From NCBI GenBank assembly GCA_021161185.1, contig JAGHBC010000011.1, positions 1-47,164 on the forward strand: 47,164 bases of DNA, read 5' to 3'. The number at the start of each line of letters is the position of its first letter. Positions within the stretch are counted from its first letter, which is position 1. Below the pieces are notes generated by a model, which did no database searches, was not told where the DNA came from, and saw only the letters and a list, made by a program, of their open reading frames with translations. Both the position numbers and the translations under genes were made by a program. The stretch is from Fidelibacterota bacterium (lineage in GTDB: Bacteria > Fidelibacterota > UBA2242). This document shows, in pieces, positions 1 to 10,205 of the stretch.

Positions 1-15
1 ACCAATAGGATATAG

Positions 16-1389
16 ATGAACGAAATATTGAATGATGTACAACCCGCTCCTCCGGAATCAGCGTCCGTAAAACCGGTAGTGATTTATGGCGGACCTTTAT
101 ATAACGGAAAGGGAAACGTTTTCAGTGACGGCGCTATATATATTTCAAAGGGGAAAATAATAGCCGTCGGTGATGAAGGGTCGGTTTTTGGACAAATTCC
201 CAAAAATGCCGATATGGAATTATACGACACCGGTGGGAAAATAATTTTTCCGGGATTGATTAATCTGCATCACCATTCCTACAGAGCGTTTGCCACCGGT
301 CTTTTAACCTCACAAGCCGACAGCAATTATCAGGAATTCTTAAAAAATTTCTGGTGGAAATTTGATAAATGTCTCGATGGTGAAATGATTCAGCTATCAA
401 CACTCCTCACTGTTTTGCAGTCGATCCGTTCCGGAGTTACTTCCATTTTTGATTTGCACTCGTCCCCGGTTTGTGTGTATAATATTCTGGAAAACATGGC
501 GTCAGTCATTTCCCGTGCCGGAATCCGGGCGGTGCTCAGTTATGAAGTTTCCGAGCGCGACGGCGACGATATATTTATTCGCGGGATGGAAGAAAATCTG
601 AATTTTATTCAAAAATATCAAGACAACGATCAAATACAGGGCATGTTTGGGCTGCAGGCGAACAGCGCCATTTCTGAAAAATCGCTCGCCCTGATTACCG
701 AAAAACTGGGAAATAAAGCCGGGATTCACATTCACCTCGGTAGCGCCCGAGATACGGAGTACTGTAAAAATTTGGGCTACGAGGGCTCGGTTGACCGTTT
801 GAATGCCTTCAACCTGATAAATCCGAAATCTCTATTGGTCAACGGACCTCCCCTCGGTGTAGAAGAGATTAATAAAATAGCTGCGGAACAGGCGACGCTG
901 GTAACCATTCCCGAGTCATTATTTCCCCGTCAATTCGATTTCTTTAGCCCGGCGGGTTTCCCCGGTTTGCAGATTGGGGTAGGAACCGGCGGTTGGGGCT
1001 CTAACATTCTGCAAGCTCTTCGCACCGCCTACTATTATCATCGGCAAACGGGCGCGGAAAACTCTCAATTGATTGATTTTTTAAAAGCACAATTACAAAA
1101 CAACAGTGACTTCGCCGGACGCTTTTTTAAAGGCAAACCCGGCGTCCTGGAAAAAAATGCCAGTGCCGATATTGTTGTATTCGATTATGTACCGGCAACA
1201 CCTTTTAATACCGATAATTACATACATCATCTTTTATTCGGCATGCAATCGGTTCAGGCGGCAATGGTTATGGCAAAAGGACAATTTCTTTATAATGACA
1301 ATACCTTTCTGACCTTAGACGAAGAGATCGTCATAGATGAAAGCCGAAAAGCCAGCCGCCGATTATGGGAATTGTTCAATAAATTATAA
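16..1389 (+). CDS. Amidohydrolase-superfamily protein (chlorohydrolase / SsnA-like aminohydrolase)
   Basis: 457-aa ORF. The N-terminal PGLINLHHHSY carries the HxH metal-binding signature of the amidohydrolase fold. Length and a later HIHL histidine cluster fit the family. Confidence 0.7.
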   Translation: MNEILNDVQPAPPESASVKPVVIYGGPLYNGKGNVFSDGAIYISKGKIIAVGDEGSVFGQIPKNADMELYDTGGKIIFPGLINLHHHSYRAFATGLLTSQADSNYQEFLKNFWWKFDKCLDGEMIQLSTLLTVLQSIRSGVTSIFDLHSSPVCVYNILENMASVISRAGIRAVLSYEVSERDGDDIFIRGMEENLNFIQKYQDNDQIQGMFGLQANSAISEKSLALITEKLGNKAGIHIHLGSARDTEYCKNLGYEGSVDRLNAFNLINPKSLLVNGPPLGVEEINKIAAEQATLVTIPESLFPRQFDFFSPAGFPGLQIGVGTGGWGSNILQALRTAYYYHRQTGAENSQLIDFLKAQLQNNSDFAGRFFKGKPGVLEKNASADIVVFDYVPATPFNTDNYIHHLLFGMQSVQAAMVMAKGQFLYNDNTFLTLDEEIVIDESRKASRRLWELFNKL

Positions 1390-1402
1390 ACGGGAGTATG
1401 CT

Positions 1403-2794
1403 ATGAATTATTATCTCAGAAGAGCCGCCGGTTTTATAATAGCAGGACTGTTTTTAATGCCTTTATGCTTTGCTCAAACGGGAGCGATATCCGATAAAAT
1501 GCTCCGTGAAATTCGGTCGTCGGTCCAAATGGACTCTTATACCAGAGCCATGCAAAATGCCGTCTCCGAAAATGATGTGAAAAAATTAGCGTTAAACCGT
1601 ACTGTTCATACTCAAATCGATCATCATTTTGCTCATAAAATCCCGGTTACCGGAATTACCAACCAAAAATCATCGGGCAGATGCTGGTTATTCACGGCGC
1701 TGAATGTGCTGCGCCCTAAGGTCATTGAAAAATACAATTTAAAAGAATTTGAATTTTCACAGAATTATCTATTCTTTTGGGACCAACTTGAAAAATCGAA
1801 CCTGTTCCTCGAAGCAATTATTCGCAACCGGCATAAAGACATTGATGACCGGGAAGTACAATGGCTATTTCAACATCCCGTTGGTGACGGCGGCGTCTGG
1901 AACATGATGCCGGGTCTGGTTGAAAAGTATGGCGTGGTTCCCAAGGAAATAATGCCGGAATCCTATAACAGTGAAAATACGGCTATGATGCGCCGCCTCA
2001 TTCGCCGCAAATTACGTTCTCAGGGAATGCATATCCGTGAATGGAATGCAGCCGGGAAAAGTGAAAAATTCCTCTGCAAACAAAAGGTCGCTATGCTGTC
2101 CGAAATATACCGTATTCTGGTTATTTCTCTCGGAACCCCTCCCACTGAATTTACATGGCGTTATCTTGACAAAAACGACAGTCTGGTTGTCGGAAAAAAC
2201 TATACGCCGCTGGAGTTTTACCATGAAGCGGTAGAGGTTCCTCTTGGTGATTATATCATGCTGATGAATGATCCAACCCGAGATTATTACAAACTTTATG
2301 AAATTGAATACGACCGTAACCGGTTTGACGGCCCCAACTGGACATTTATAAATTTACCAGTCGAAGAGATTAAAAGCTTCGCCAGAAAATCAATTCTCGC
2401 CGATGAGCCTATGTACTTCTCCTGCGATGTGGGAAAACAGCTGGATCGGGACAAGGGGCTGGTGGCTCTCGGTCTTTTTGATTATGAAGCTGTTTATGGC
2501 GTTCCTTTCGATATGACTAAAGAAGAACGTATACTGAGTTATGAAAGTAGCTCGAGTCACGGCATGTCTCTGGTAGGTCTGGATACCACCGCCAACGGTA
2601 TGGTAACTAAGTGGCTGTTGGAAAACAGCTGGGGTGACGATGCCGGTTATAAGGGCTATTTGACCATGACCGATGAGTGGTTTGATGAATACATGTTTCG
2701 GTTGGTTATTCTGAAAGAATTTCTGCCGCAAAAGGTTCTTAACGTGCTGGCCCAGAAACCGGTCAAACTGCCGCCCTGGGACAGGATGTTTTAA
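1403..2794 (+). CDS. pepC: Aminopeptidase C / bleomycin hydrolase (peptidase C1B) with N-terminal signal peptide
   Basis: NQKSSGRCWLFTALN is the catalytic-Cys block of the C1B family, and WLLENSWG is a C-terminal block. I chose the ATG at 1403 (GGGAG at 1392-1396) rather than the track start at 1337, which overlaps the upstream gene. From 1403 the product begins MNYYLRRAAGFIIAGLFLMPLCFAQT, which is signal-like. Confidence 0.85.
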   Translation: MNYYLRRAAGFIIAGLFLMPLCFAQTGAISDKMLREIRSSVQMDSYTRAMQNAVSENDVKKLALNRTVHTQIDHHFAHKIPVTGITNQKSSGRCWLFTALNVLRPKVIEKYNLKEFEFSQNYLFFWDQLEKSNLFLEAIIRNRHKDIDDREVQWLFQHPVGDGGVWNMMPGLVEKYGVVPKEIMPESYNSENTAMMRRLIRRKLRSQGMHIREWNAAGKSEKFLCKQKVAMLSEIYRILVISLGTPPTEFTWRYLDKNDSLVVGKNYTPLEFYHEAVEVPLGDYIMLMNDPTRDYYKLYEIEYDRNRFDGPNWTFINLPVEEIKSFARKSILADEPMYFSCDVGKQLDRDKGLVALGLFDYEAVYGVPFDMTKEERILSYESSSSHGMSLVGLDTTANGMVTKWLLENSWGDDAGYKGYLTMTDEWFDEYMFRLVILKEFLPQKVLNVLAQKPVKLPPWDRMF

Positions 2795-2817
2795 TTACCA
2801 TTTTGAAAGGATTATCG

Positions 2818-4875
2818 ATGGAAAAGAATATCTTCGGATTTATCGTTTTTTGTGCTTTCCTGTTAATGCAAAATTTACCGATCCTGGCTTTGACAACGAC
2901 TTCATTGGACCTGATGCCCGTTCCACAGGAAATAAAGGTAATAAACAGCGAAGGTTTTCGCCTGGACGCCGGATTCTCTGTTGCTCTCGATGGCTATGCC
3001 GATGCCCGCCTGTATAAAGCCGCCACGCGCATGTTGCGTCGCCTGTCCGGTCGAACCGGTCTTTTCTTTCCTCAGGATTATATCACCGCAAAATCCAATC
3101 CGACGATGCCACAGATGATTATCAAGACTTCACGGATTGGAGATTTAGTAGTCGGCGAAGACGAATCCTATCAGCTGACGATCACAGAAAACCAGGTCAC
3201 TCTTAAAGCCGAGACCGATATCGGCGCTCTGAGAGGACTGGAAACCTTTTTACAGCTGTTGTCTGTCGATGAAAAAGGTTATTATTTCCCGGCAGTTGTC
3301 ATCAATGACGCTCCCCGCTTTCCCTGGCGCGGACTGCTGATCGATGTCAGTCGGCACTTTATGCCGGTTGAGGTAATTAAACGTAATCTTGACGGCATGG
3401 CGGCTGTCAAAATGAACGTTTTTCACTGGCATCTGGCTGACGATCAGGGGTTCCGGGTTGAATGTCAAAGCTGGCCGAAGCTTCACGAACTGGGATCCGA
3501 CGGATTCTATTATACCCGGGCACAAATTAAAGAGATCATCGCTTATGCCGCCAACCGCGGAATTCGGGTTATACCCGAGTTTGATGTGCCGGCGCATGCA
3601 ACCAGCTGGCTGGTGGCTTATCCGGAATTGGGCAGTGCTCCCGGACCATACAGCCTGGAACGGCGCTGGGGCATCAAAGACCCGATCATGGATCCGACAA
3701 AGGAATTCACCTATGAATTTCTGGACAAATTTTTCGCCGAAATGGCAGCCTTATTTCCCGATGAATATTTTCATATCGGCGGCGATGAAAACAACGGCAA
3801 CCACTGGAACACTAACGACCATATTCAGCAGTTTATGAAAGATAATAATATCCCCGACAACCACGCCCTGCAAACCTATTTTAATAAACGCATTTTACAG
3901 ATCTTAACGAAGTACGGCAAAAAAATGATCGGTTGGGACGAAATCTTTCAGCCTACGCTGCCAGCCGATATTATCATTCATTCCTGGCGCGGATCAGAAG
4001 CGCTCGTCAAATCAGCCCAACAGGGCTATATGGGTATTTTGTCGAACGGGTATTATATCGACCTTATACAACCGGCGGAATATCATTACCGAAACGATCC
4101 GATTCCGGAAAACACATCTCTCACCGAGGAGGAGCAAAAAAGAATTCTTGGCGGAGAGGCTACCAGTTGGGGAGAACTGGTTACTTATGAAACTATAGAT
4201 TCGCGCATTTGGCCCCGCACAGCTGCCATTGCCGAAAGACTTTGGTCACCTCAAAGTTGTAATGGTATCGAAGATATGTATCGTCGTCTTGAAGTAGTCA
4301 GTTTTCAACTTGAGGAACTTGGGTTGACTCATATAAAAAATTATGACATGATGCTGCGACGCCTGACGAATAACCATAATATTGCGGCATTAAAAACTTT
4401 TGTCGATGTGGTTGAACCGGTTAAAAGATACGAGCGCCTTTTACAGGAGATTACCTATACCTCCTACTCGCCCTACACTCGCGTTGTTGACGCAGCCCGA
4501 CCGGAATCGATGACCGCCAGACGCTTCAGTCAACTGGTAGATCAATTCATTGAAAATCCTAAAGCCCCAGCCTCACACGAGTTGACTGATCTTCTAAAAA
4601 TCTGGGAAAATAATCACTCCTTTTTAAAGCCCATAATTGCAAAATCGCCTGTTCTGCAAGAAATTGAAACCATGTCTGCTGATTTGCAGGAGCTTGCCGA
4701 AACCGGATTACTGGCGGTGCGCGCTTACCGAAAACATAAAAGACTTTCGAGAAAACAAATCGAATCCGCCAGAGCTGTTCTGGAGAAGGCTAAAAAACCA
4801 CGCGGACAGGTCGAGCTAATGGTTATTGCACCAATTGAAAAATTAGTTCTGGCGGCAATATCAAATCAAAAATAA
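2818..4875 (+). CDS. Beta-N-acetylhexosaminidase, glycoside hydrolase family 20, secreted
   Basis: The GH20 catalytic blocks HWHLADDQGFR and HIGGDE are present, with the LLIDVSRHF strand. The ATG at 2818 follows GAAAGG and gives a hydrophobic signal peptide. The track start at 2803 is a TTG alternative. Confidence 0.85.
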   Translation: MEKNIFGFIVFCAFLLMQNLPILALTTTSLDLMPVPQEIKVINSEGFRLDAGFSVALDGYADARLYKAATRMLRRLSGRTGLFFPQDYITAKSNPTMPQMIIKTSRIGDLVVGEDESYQLTITENQVTLKAETDIGALRGLETFLQLLSVDEKGYYFPAVVINDAPRFPWRGLLIDVSRHFMPVEVIKRNLDGMAAVKMNVFHWHLADDQGFRVECQSWPKLHELGSDGFYYTRAQIKEIIAYAANRGIRVIPEFDVPAHATSWLVAYPELGSAPGPYSLERRWGIKDPIMDPTKEFTYEFLDKFFAEMAALFPDEYFHIGGDENNGNHWNTNDHIQQFMKDNNIPDNHALQTYFNKRILQILTKYGKKMIGWDEIFQPTLPADIIIHSWRGSEALVKSAQQGYMGILSNGYYIDLIQPAEYHYRNDPIPENTSLTEEEQKRILGGEATSWGELVTYETIDSRIWPRTAAIAERLWSPQSCNGIEDMYRRLEVVSFQLEELGLTHIKNYDMMLRRLTNNHNIAALKTFVDVVEPVKRYERLLQEITYTSYSPYTRVVDAARPESMTARRFSQLVDQFIENPKAPASHELTDLLKIWENNHSFLKPIIAKSPVLQEIETMSADLQELAETGLLAVRAYRKHKRLSRKQIESARAVLEKAKKPRGQVELMVIAPIEKLVLAAISNQK

Positions 4876-4898
4876 TAAGGTAGATTAGGAAGGATAAC

Positions 4899-5156
4899 AT
4901 GAAAAACTTTATTATCATCGTCGTCAACAAGCGTAAAAAAGAAGCTGTCACGGTACAGAAAATTCTGACGGAATGGGGCTGTTTGATCAAAACCCGGCTG
5001 GGTTTGCATGAGGGGGTTTTGGATAATTGTTCGGAAATCGGTTCAATTATCTTAGAAGTCGTCGGAGAGCCAAATCAGCATGAAGAGATCGTACGAAAAT
5101 TGAACCTGCTGGCTGGAGTAACTGCCAGGCTGGTTAATGTTCCCATAGAAAAATGA
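4899..5156 (+). CDS. Small ACT/NikR-C-like protein resembling the TM1266 family (putative iron-only hydrogenase system regulator)
   Basis: 85 aa. The pattern IIIVV..(helix)..LIKTRLGLHEG..SIILEVVG..(helix)..LAGVTARLV looks like the beta-alpha-beta-beta-alpha-beta layout I associate with TM1266-type proteins. The assignment rests on resemblance only. Confidence 0.4.
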   Translation: MKNFIIIVVNKRKKEAVTVQKILTEWGCLIKTRLGLHEGVLDNCSEIGSIILEVVGEPNQHEEIVRKLNLLAGVTARLVNVPIEK

Positions 5157-5320
5157 TCTGAAGATTTGGCTAAACTTAAGGAATTGCTTGCCTTAAATTG
5201 CTAACGTGTTGAAAAAATTGTCAATTACTACAGCCACATGCCGGTGATTGTTGGTACCCGGCGGTTGCATTTAAGGGGCCAAAACACTAATTTCGGCAGC
5301 AATTAAAGGAGTCTATCATA

Positions 5321-6304
5321 GTGGATATTTATCGTTACACACCGGATAAACAAGAGCGCTGGGATCGATTTGTCGATCAGTCAAATAACGGTAATCTGTT
5401 TAACTACCGCAAATTTCTTACTTATCACATCGGCAGAACTTTTAACGACCATTCGCTAATGTTTGAAAAAAACAGCCACATTATTGCCCTGTTTCCGGCT
5501 GCGGAAGTGATTCGGGATGGCAAAAAGATCCTGTATTCTCATCCGGGCGCCAGTTTTGGCGGATTTGTTTTTAAAAACCCCTACTATTCGGAAATTGAAG
5601 AGATCATAGATCTTTTCGAAGAGTATTGCATTGATCAGGGCTTCGATGGCACTTTTTTTATTCCGGCGCCCTTTTCCTATTTCGAAAATCCCAATGAGAC
5701 TTTTGAATATGCCTTAATCTGGAGAAAGTACCAGATCGTTGAAAATTATATTTTCAGTATAATAAATCTCAAACCTGATCTGGACAATATTTACCGGGAA
5801 ATTCTGCGTCGCAAAAAACGATCGATGGATTTCTATCGGCGTCTTATCGAAAAAAACAATATTCGTTTTGAATGGAATAAAAAATTTGATGAATATTTTC
5901 CTATTTTAATCGAGAATAAAGCCCGGCACGGGATTAAGCCCACCCACACTTTGGACGAAATCATTAAATTGGACAAACTTTTCCCGGGATATTTCAACCT
6001 GCTGATGATGTATTCCGGCGATGTTCCCATTGGTGGAACTCTGAATTTTACCGCGAATAAACGAGTTGCGATTATATTCTACAATATGATCAACTATGAC
6101 TATGCACATTTACAACCCGCATCGCTTCAGATAATTGAATGCATTCGGTGGGGCAAAGAGATGGGGTTTGATCTCCTCGATTTTGGTGTTTCCCAATTGC
6201 CCCAGGCGCCCGATCCCCTAACGCCAAGCCATTCATTGATTCGTTTTAAAGAACAATTAAACGGGGTAGGAATGATCCGCAAAGTTTTTGCAAAGAATTT
6301 TTAA
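5321..6304 (+). CDS. FemAB-like / Acetyltransf_6 GNAT-fold protein
   Basis: 327 aa with a GTG start 9 nt after AAAGGAG (5305-5311). It has the two-lobed GNAT-like organisation typical of FemAB-family proteins that head exopolysaccharide loci. No sharp motif was seen, so the call is family-level only. Confidence 0.45.
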   Translation: MDIYRYTPDKQERWDRFVDQSNNGNLFNYRKFLTYHIGRTFNDHSLMFEKNSHIIALFPAAEVIRDGKKILYSHPGASFGGFVFKNPYYSEIEEIIDLFEEYCIDQGFDGTFFIPAPFSYFENPNETFEYALIWRKYQIVENYIFSIINLKPDLDNIYREILRRKKRSMDFYRRLIEKNNIRFEWNKKFDEYFPILIENKARHGIKPTHTLDEIIKLDKLFPGYFNLLMMYSGDVPIGGTLNFTANKRVAIIFYNMINYDYAHLQPASLQIIECIRWGKEMGFDLLDFGVSQLPQAPDPLTPSHSLIRFKEQLNGVGMIRKVFAKNF

Positions 6305-6329
6305 TAACCCGGGATAAACAGTCCGATAT

Positions 6330-7778
6330 ATGACAGCAAACATCAAATCCCTGACCAAACAGACTCTGGTTTACGGTGTCGGAACTATTCTGACCCGCCT
6401 TGTTACTTTTCTGCTTCTGCCGGTTTATACAAATGTTCTGTCGCCGGCGGATTATGGTCTGGCAGTGCTGGTGTTTGTTTTCACGGCATTCATGAATCAT
6501 ATCTATAACTATGGTCTCGATTCGGCGCTCATGCGGCATTACGGGGAAGATCCTGCGCCTCAATATACAACAACTGTTCTATCGACGGCGATTTGGTTAG
6601 CCCTGGGCTCTAGTTTTGTTTTTAGCGGCATTATCTATTTGTTAAATAATCCTCTGAGCAAAGCACTTTTGTCGTCAGCTGATTATGCGCAACTGATTAA
6701 ACTTGCCGCTTGCATCCTGTTCTTTGATTGTATCTCACGGGTGCCTTTTGCACTGTTAAGGCTGGAAGAAAAGCCCGGCTTCTTTATGGGTATTCGCCTG
6801 ATAAACGTAGTTATCACTCTGGGCTTGAACATCTATTTTGTCGTTTATCTGAAAACCGGGATTATCGGGATTTTCCAAAGTAATGTAATTGCATCCTGTC
6901 TCACGGCACTTATCCTTTTTACTACTATAATATCGAAAATCAAAATCGTCTTTTCCGGACATATTGCAAAAGATCTGGTGCTTTTCGGGTTACCCTTTGT
7001 CCCAATGGGGCTGGCTACAGCTGCTATGGAAATGTTGAATCGCTATATTGTTGAACATTTCATGGGACTTGAGGCGGTAGGAATTTTCAGCGCCGGTTAT
7101 AAGCTGGGTATTTTTATGCTGTTAATCTCAACGGCATTTTATTATGCCTGGCAGCCGTTTTTCATCAAAGCCGGGAAAAAGGAATCATCACGGGTGCTCT
7201 TTTCAAGAGTATTGACCTATTTTATTCTGGTGGCTTTAAGTTTCTGGGTAGTGCTGACGGTTTTCATGCACGAAATCATAAATTTTCATATTGGCGGAGT
7301 TTATCTCATCGGCGCGAAGTTTCAAGGCTGTGAATCAATGGTGCCCTTTATCCTGCTCGGATATGTTTTCTATGGGATTAACCAGGTTTTTCTGCCGGGC
7401 ATCTATTTTGAAAAGAAGACCCGCTATATGGCATATATTGCTTTTCTGGCAGCCGGGGCTAATGTCCTTTCGAATTTTCTCTTAATCCCACGCATGGGGT
7501 TGATCGGATCGGCGATTTCGTCACTAATCGGGTATATGATATTGGCGGCATTCACATTTCAGGTTTCGCAGCATTTATTTAAAATACCCTATGAATATCG
7601 CCGGATTGTCTTGTTGTTCGTTATAATGTTACCTGTGGGATTTTCCAGTTATATTTTTCATCCGTCGATACCGGTGAAATTTATGGTAATATTGATTATA
7701 CCGCTGTTATTGCGTCTTTTCGGATTCTTTAAAAAAGATGAGATTGCATCCTTGAAGATGCTTCTGCCATTCAGGTAA
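6330..7778 (+). CDS. Oligosaccharide/polysaccharide flippase (Wzx-like, MOP superfamily)
   Basis: 482 aa and polytopic, with about 12-14 hydrophobic segments. The N-terminus LVYGVGTILTRLVTFLLLPVYTNVLSPADYG is typical of the polysaccharide biosynthesis protein family. Confidence 0.8.
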   Translation: MTANIKSLTKQTLVYGVGTILTRLVTFLLLPVYTNVLSPADYGLAVLVFVFTAFMNHIYNYGLDSALMRHYGEDPAPQYTTTVLSTAIWLALGSSFVFSGIIYLLNNPLSKALLSSADYAQLIKLAACILFFDCISRVPFALLRLEEKPGFFMGIRLINVVITLGLNIYFVVYLKTGIIGIFQSNVIASCLTALILFTTIISKIKIVFSGHIAKDLVLFGLPFVPMGLATAAMEMLNRYIVEHFMGLEAVGIFSAGYKLGIFMLLISTAFYYAWQPFFIKAGKKESSRVLFSRVLTYFILVALSFWVVLTVFMHEIINFHIGGVYLIGAKFQGCESMVPFILLGYVFYGINQVFLPGIYFEKKTRYMAYIAFLAAGANVLSNFLLIPRMGLIGSAISSLIGYMILAAFTFQVSQHLFKIPYEYRRIVLLFVIMLPVGFSSYIFHPSIPVKFMVILIIPLLLRLFGFFKKDEIASLKMLLPFR

Positions 7779-7782
7779 AACT

Positions 7783-8913
7783 ATGCATAAACCGGTTCAT
7801 ATCTGTCACGTTACGATCGGACATAATCCGACGGATGACCGTATTTTCTACAAAGAGGTATTGACGCTGTCTGAAAAATATCCGAAGATTTCCGTCATTG
7901 CCCCCAAGCGATGTCAGCCGGAACAGCACCCCGCCGTGCAATTTCACCTGTTTTCTGAAAAAGGGTACTTTCGCAACCTGTTCAGCGCCTTTAAAATTGC
8001 TAAATCTGTTCGGGCCAACCTATATCATGTTCACGATTTTGAATTTCTACCCTTTGCCCTGTTTTTAAAATACAAATACAAACGCAAAGTCGTCTACGAC
8101 GCTCACGAGACAATATTTTATTATTTCACCGAATTCACCCGACGTTCAAAACTAATCACTTTCATCCCTGCAATTATAGCCCAAACTACAGAATGGATCT
8201 GTGCGCATTTCACCGATTATGTCATTACCGTTACGCCCTGGGTGGCAAAAGGGTTCAGACCGTTCCACAAGAAAATAACACTCATCTATAATTATCCAAT
8301 TGTAGATATGTTTGAAATCCCGGCGTTTGAAAATAAGGCTAAAAACCGACCGCTTATTTTATATCATGGGCAATTAGTTCCGGCGCGAAATATCGATATA
8401 ATGGTTGAGTCCATGAAATATGTCCGGGAAAAATTTCCCGACGCCAAATTATTGATTGTCGGCGGGATTCAACAGTGGTATAAAGATCAGCTTGACCTGA
8501 TTGTGCGTGAAAACCGGCTCGAAAAATGGGTTGAGTTTCGCCAACCGGTACCCTTCACAGAAGTACCCCAATTAATCCGGAACGCAACTCTTGGGCTTTC
8601 CTCAATGAGACCCAATGAATCATTCAAACGCTCGATTCAGATCAAGCCTTTTGAATTTATGAGCATGGGTGTGCCCGTTCTCGGATGCCGGGTCCCATCA
8701 ACGGAAATTTATATTGAACAGACGGAATCAGGGATGCTCGTAGATCCACCTACGGCGCAGAATCTGGGCAATATCATTATTCATCTTCTCAGTCATCCGG
8801 AAATCATGAATCGGATGGGGCAAAACGGTTGGCGAGCCGTCCGGGAAAAATATAATTGGGCAATGATGAAAAAACCGTTATACCGCATTTATAATGAAGT
8901 GTTATCATGTTAA
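7783..8913 (+). CDS. Glycosyltransferase, GT-B fold (GT4-like)
   Basis: 376 aa. The C-terminal region KPFEFMSMGVPVLG...GMLV resembles the Ex7E nucleotide-sugar binding block of GT4 enzymes. The gene follows the flippase after a 4-nt gap. Confidence 0.7.
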   Translation: MHKPVHICHVTIGHNPTDDRIFYKEVLTLSEKYPKISVIAPKRCQPEQHPAVQFHLFSEKGYFRNLFSAFKIAKSVRANLYHVHDFEFLPFALFLKYKYKRKVVYDAHETIFYYFTEFTRRSKLITFIPAIIAQTTEWICAHFTDYVITVTPWVAKGFRPFHKKITLIYNYPIVDMFEIPAFENKAKNRPLILYHGQLVPARNIDIMVESMKYVREKFPDAKLLIVGGIQQWYKDQLDLIVRENRLEKWVEFRQPVPFTEVPQLIRNATLGLSSMRPNESFKRSIQIKPFEFMSMGVPVLGCRVPSTEIYIEQTESGMLVDPPTAQNLGNIIIHLLSHPEIMNRMGQNGWRAVREKYNWAMMKKPLYRIYNEVLSC

Positions 8914-9992
8914 AAATCCTCTACATATCACCGGAAAACACTGTCGGGATTCTGTCCTATTGGAAAAAAGCCCATGAGATCAATGGCAATTACTGCCGCT
9001 TTGTGACTTTCTATAAAACCTCGGCGGGTTATGAAAATGATATTTTGCTAAACCTACCCCTCATCGCTTCAAAGTCATGGTATCTCCGTTCCCGAAAAGT
9101 GCTTTCACGGGTGGCTGATGGGCGGGAACTGCACGCCAATCTTTCCGGGTATCCGCCGGTCTGGAATCCGCCGGTCTGGCAGAAAAAAATGATGGAATTC
9201 CGGGAACTGATCTGGCGTCCCAAAATCAACCACGCCATCCGGGAATATAATCTGGAGGATTTCGATGTCTATCATTTCGAATGGGGTCTGGATTTCTTCC
9301 GCAATGCAGCTTTCGCAAAGCGCATGAAAGCCCGGGGTAAGAAAATCGTCTGCCATTATCACGGACAGGATATGCGCAACCGCGGCGTTATCCCGGATAT
9401 GGAAGCAATCAGCGATTTAAACCTGACTAATGAACTTGATCTGCTCTATCGGCATCCAAACCTGAAATATCTCTTTTTACCCTATGATGTCAAAGCCTTT
9501 GAAATAAAGCAGTCCCTCAATCGTCCGCTCACAATCTGCCATGCTACCACTCACCGCATTATAAAGGGCTCCGACCGCATTATCGCTGTCTGTAAAGAGT
9601 TGGAGAAAAGCCACGGTATCCGCTTTATTTTTATTGAAAATCAGCCCCACGCCAAAGTACTGGAACTCAAACGTCAAGCCGATATCTACATCGATCAGAT
9701 TGGTGCACTGACCTGGGGTTACGGAATGAATTCGCTGGAAGCGCTCTCAATTGGTCTGGTTTGTGTCACGTCATTAAACGAAACCTACGAATCCTTCATA
9801 CCAGACCACCCGTTTGTAAACGCCAATGGAGAAAATTTAAAAGAGAAACTGATTGAATTGATTGAACAAAAAGAATTGCTCCGTGAAAAACAAATCGTAA
9901 GCAGGGAATGGGTAGAGAAACATCATGATTATCGGAATGTTGTTAAAGAGTTGTATCAATATTATGAAAAATACTTGGGGGTGGGATCTTGA
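8907..9992 (+). CDS. Putative glycosyltransferase (GT-B-like C-terminal domain)
   Basis: 361 aa, overlapping the upstream gene by 7 nt. The C-terminal half (ICHATTHRIIKGSD...YIDQIG...GYGMNSLEALSIGLVCVT) resembles a GT1/GT4 sugar-donor domain. The N-terminal half is unassigned. Confidence 0.45.
   Translation: MLKILYISPENTVGILSYWKKAHEINGNYCRFVTFYKTSAGYENDILLNLPLIASKSWYLRSRKVLSRVADGRELHANLSGYPPVWNPPVWQKKMMEFRELIWRPKINHAIREYNLEDFDVYHFEWGLDFFRNAAFAKRMKARGKKIVCHYHGQDMRNRGVIPDMEAISDLNLTNELDLLYRHPNLKYLFLPYDVKAFEIKQSLNRPLTICHATTHRIIKGSDRIIAVCKELEKSHGIRFIFIENQPHAKVLELKRQADIYIDQIGALTWGYGMNSLEALSIGLVCVTSLNETYESFIPDHPFVNANGENLKEKLIELIEQKELLREKQIVSREWVEKHHDYRNVVKELYQYYEKYLGVGS
9151..9180 (+). repeat. 15-bp in-frame tandem duplication inside the glycosyltransferase-like gene
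   Basis: ATCCGCCGGTCTGGA (9151-9165) is followed directly by ATCCGCCGGTCTGGC (9166-9180), with 14 of 15 positions identical. It encodes PPVWN-PPVWQ. Confidence 0.9.
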
Positions 9993-10205
9993 AAATATTA
10001 ATATTTAGGAGTATATATTGAAGGAAAATTTGACTAAAAAACCACCCAAATACTTTACAATTGATGTTTCCTCGAAATGCTATCTAAAATATGCTTTTTT
10101 TGCAAGAAAGAAGACACTAAACTCTCAGCCCGATCAAAATATGTCTTTAAAGATTTTATGTTTATTGCTGAGTCTATAGATATTGAACAGAAAGATAAAA
10201 AAATA

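Noticed and set aside
1337-1402. Upstream extension of the pepC ORF overlapping the amidohydrolase 3' end
   Set aside because: The ATG at 1403 follows a GGGAG and yields a proper signal peptide. The extension has no such support.
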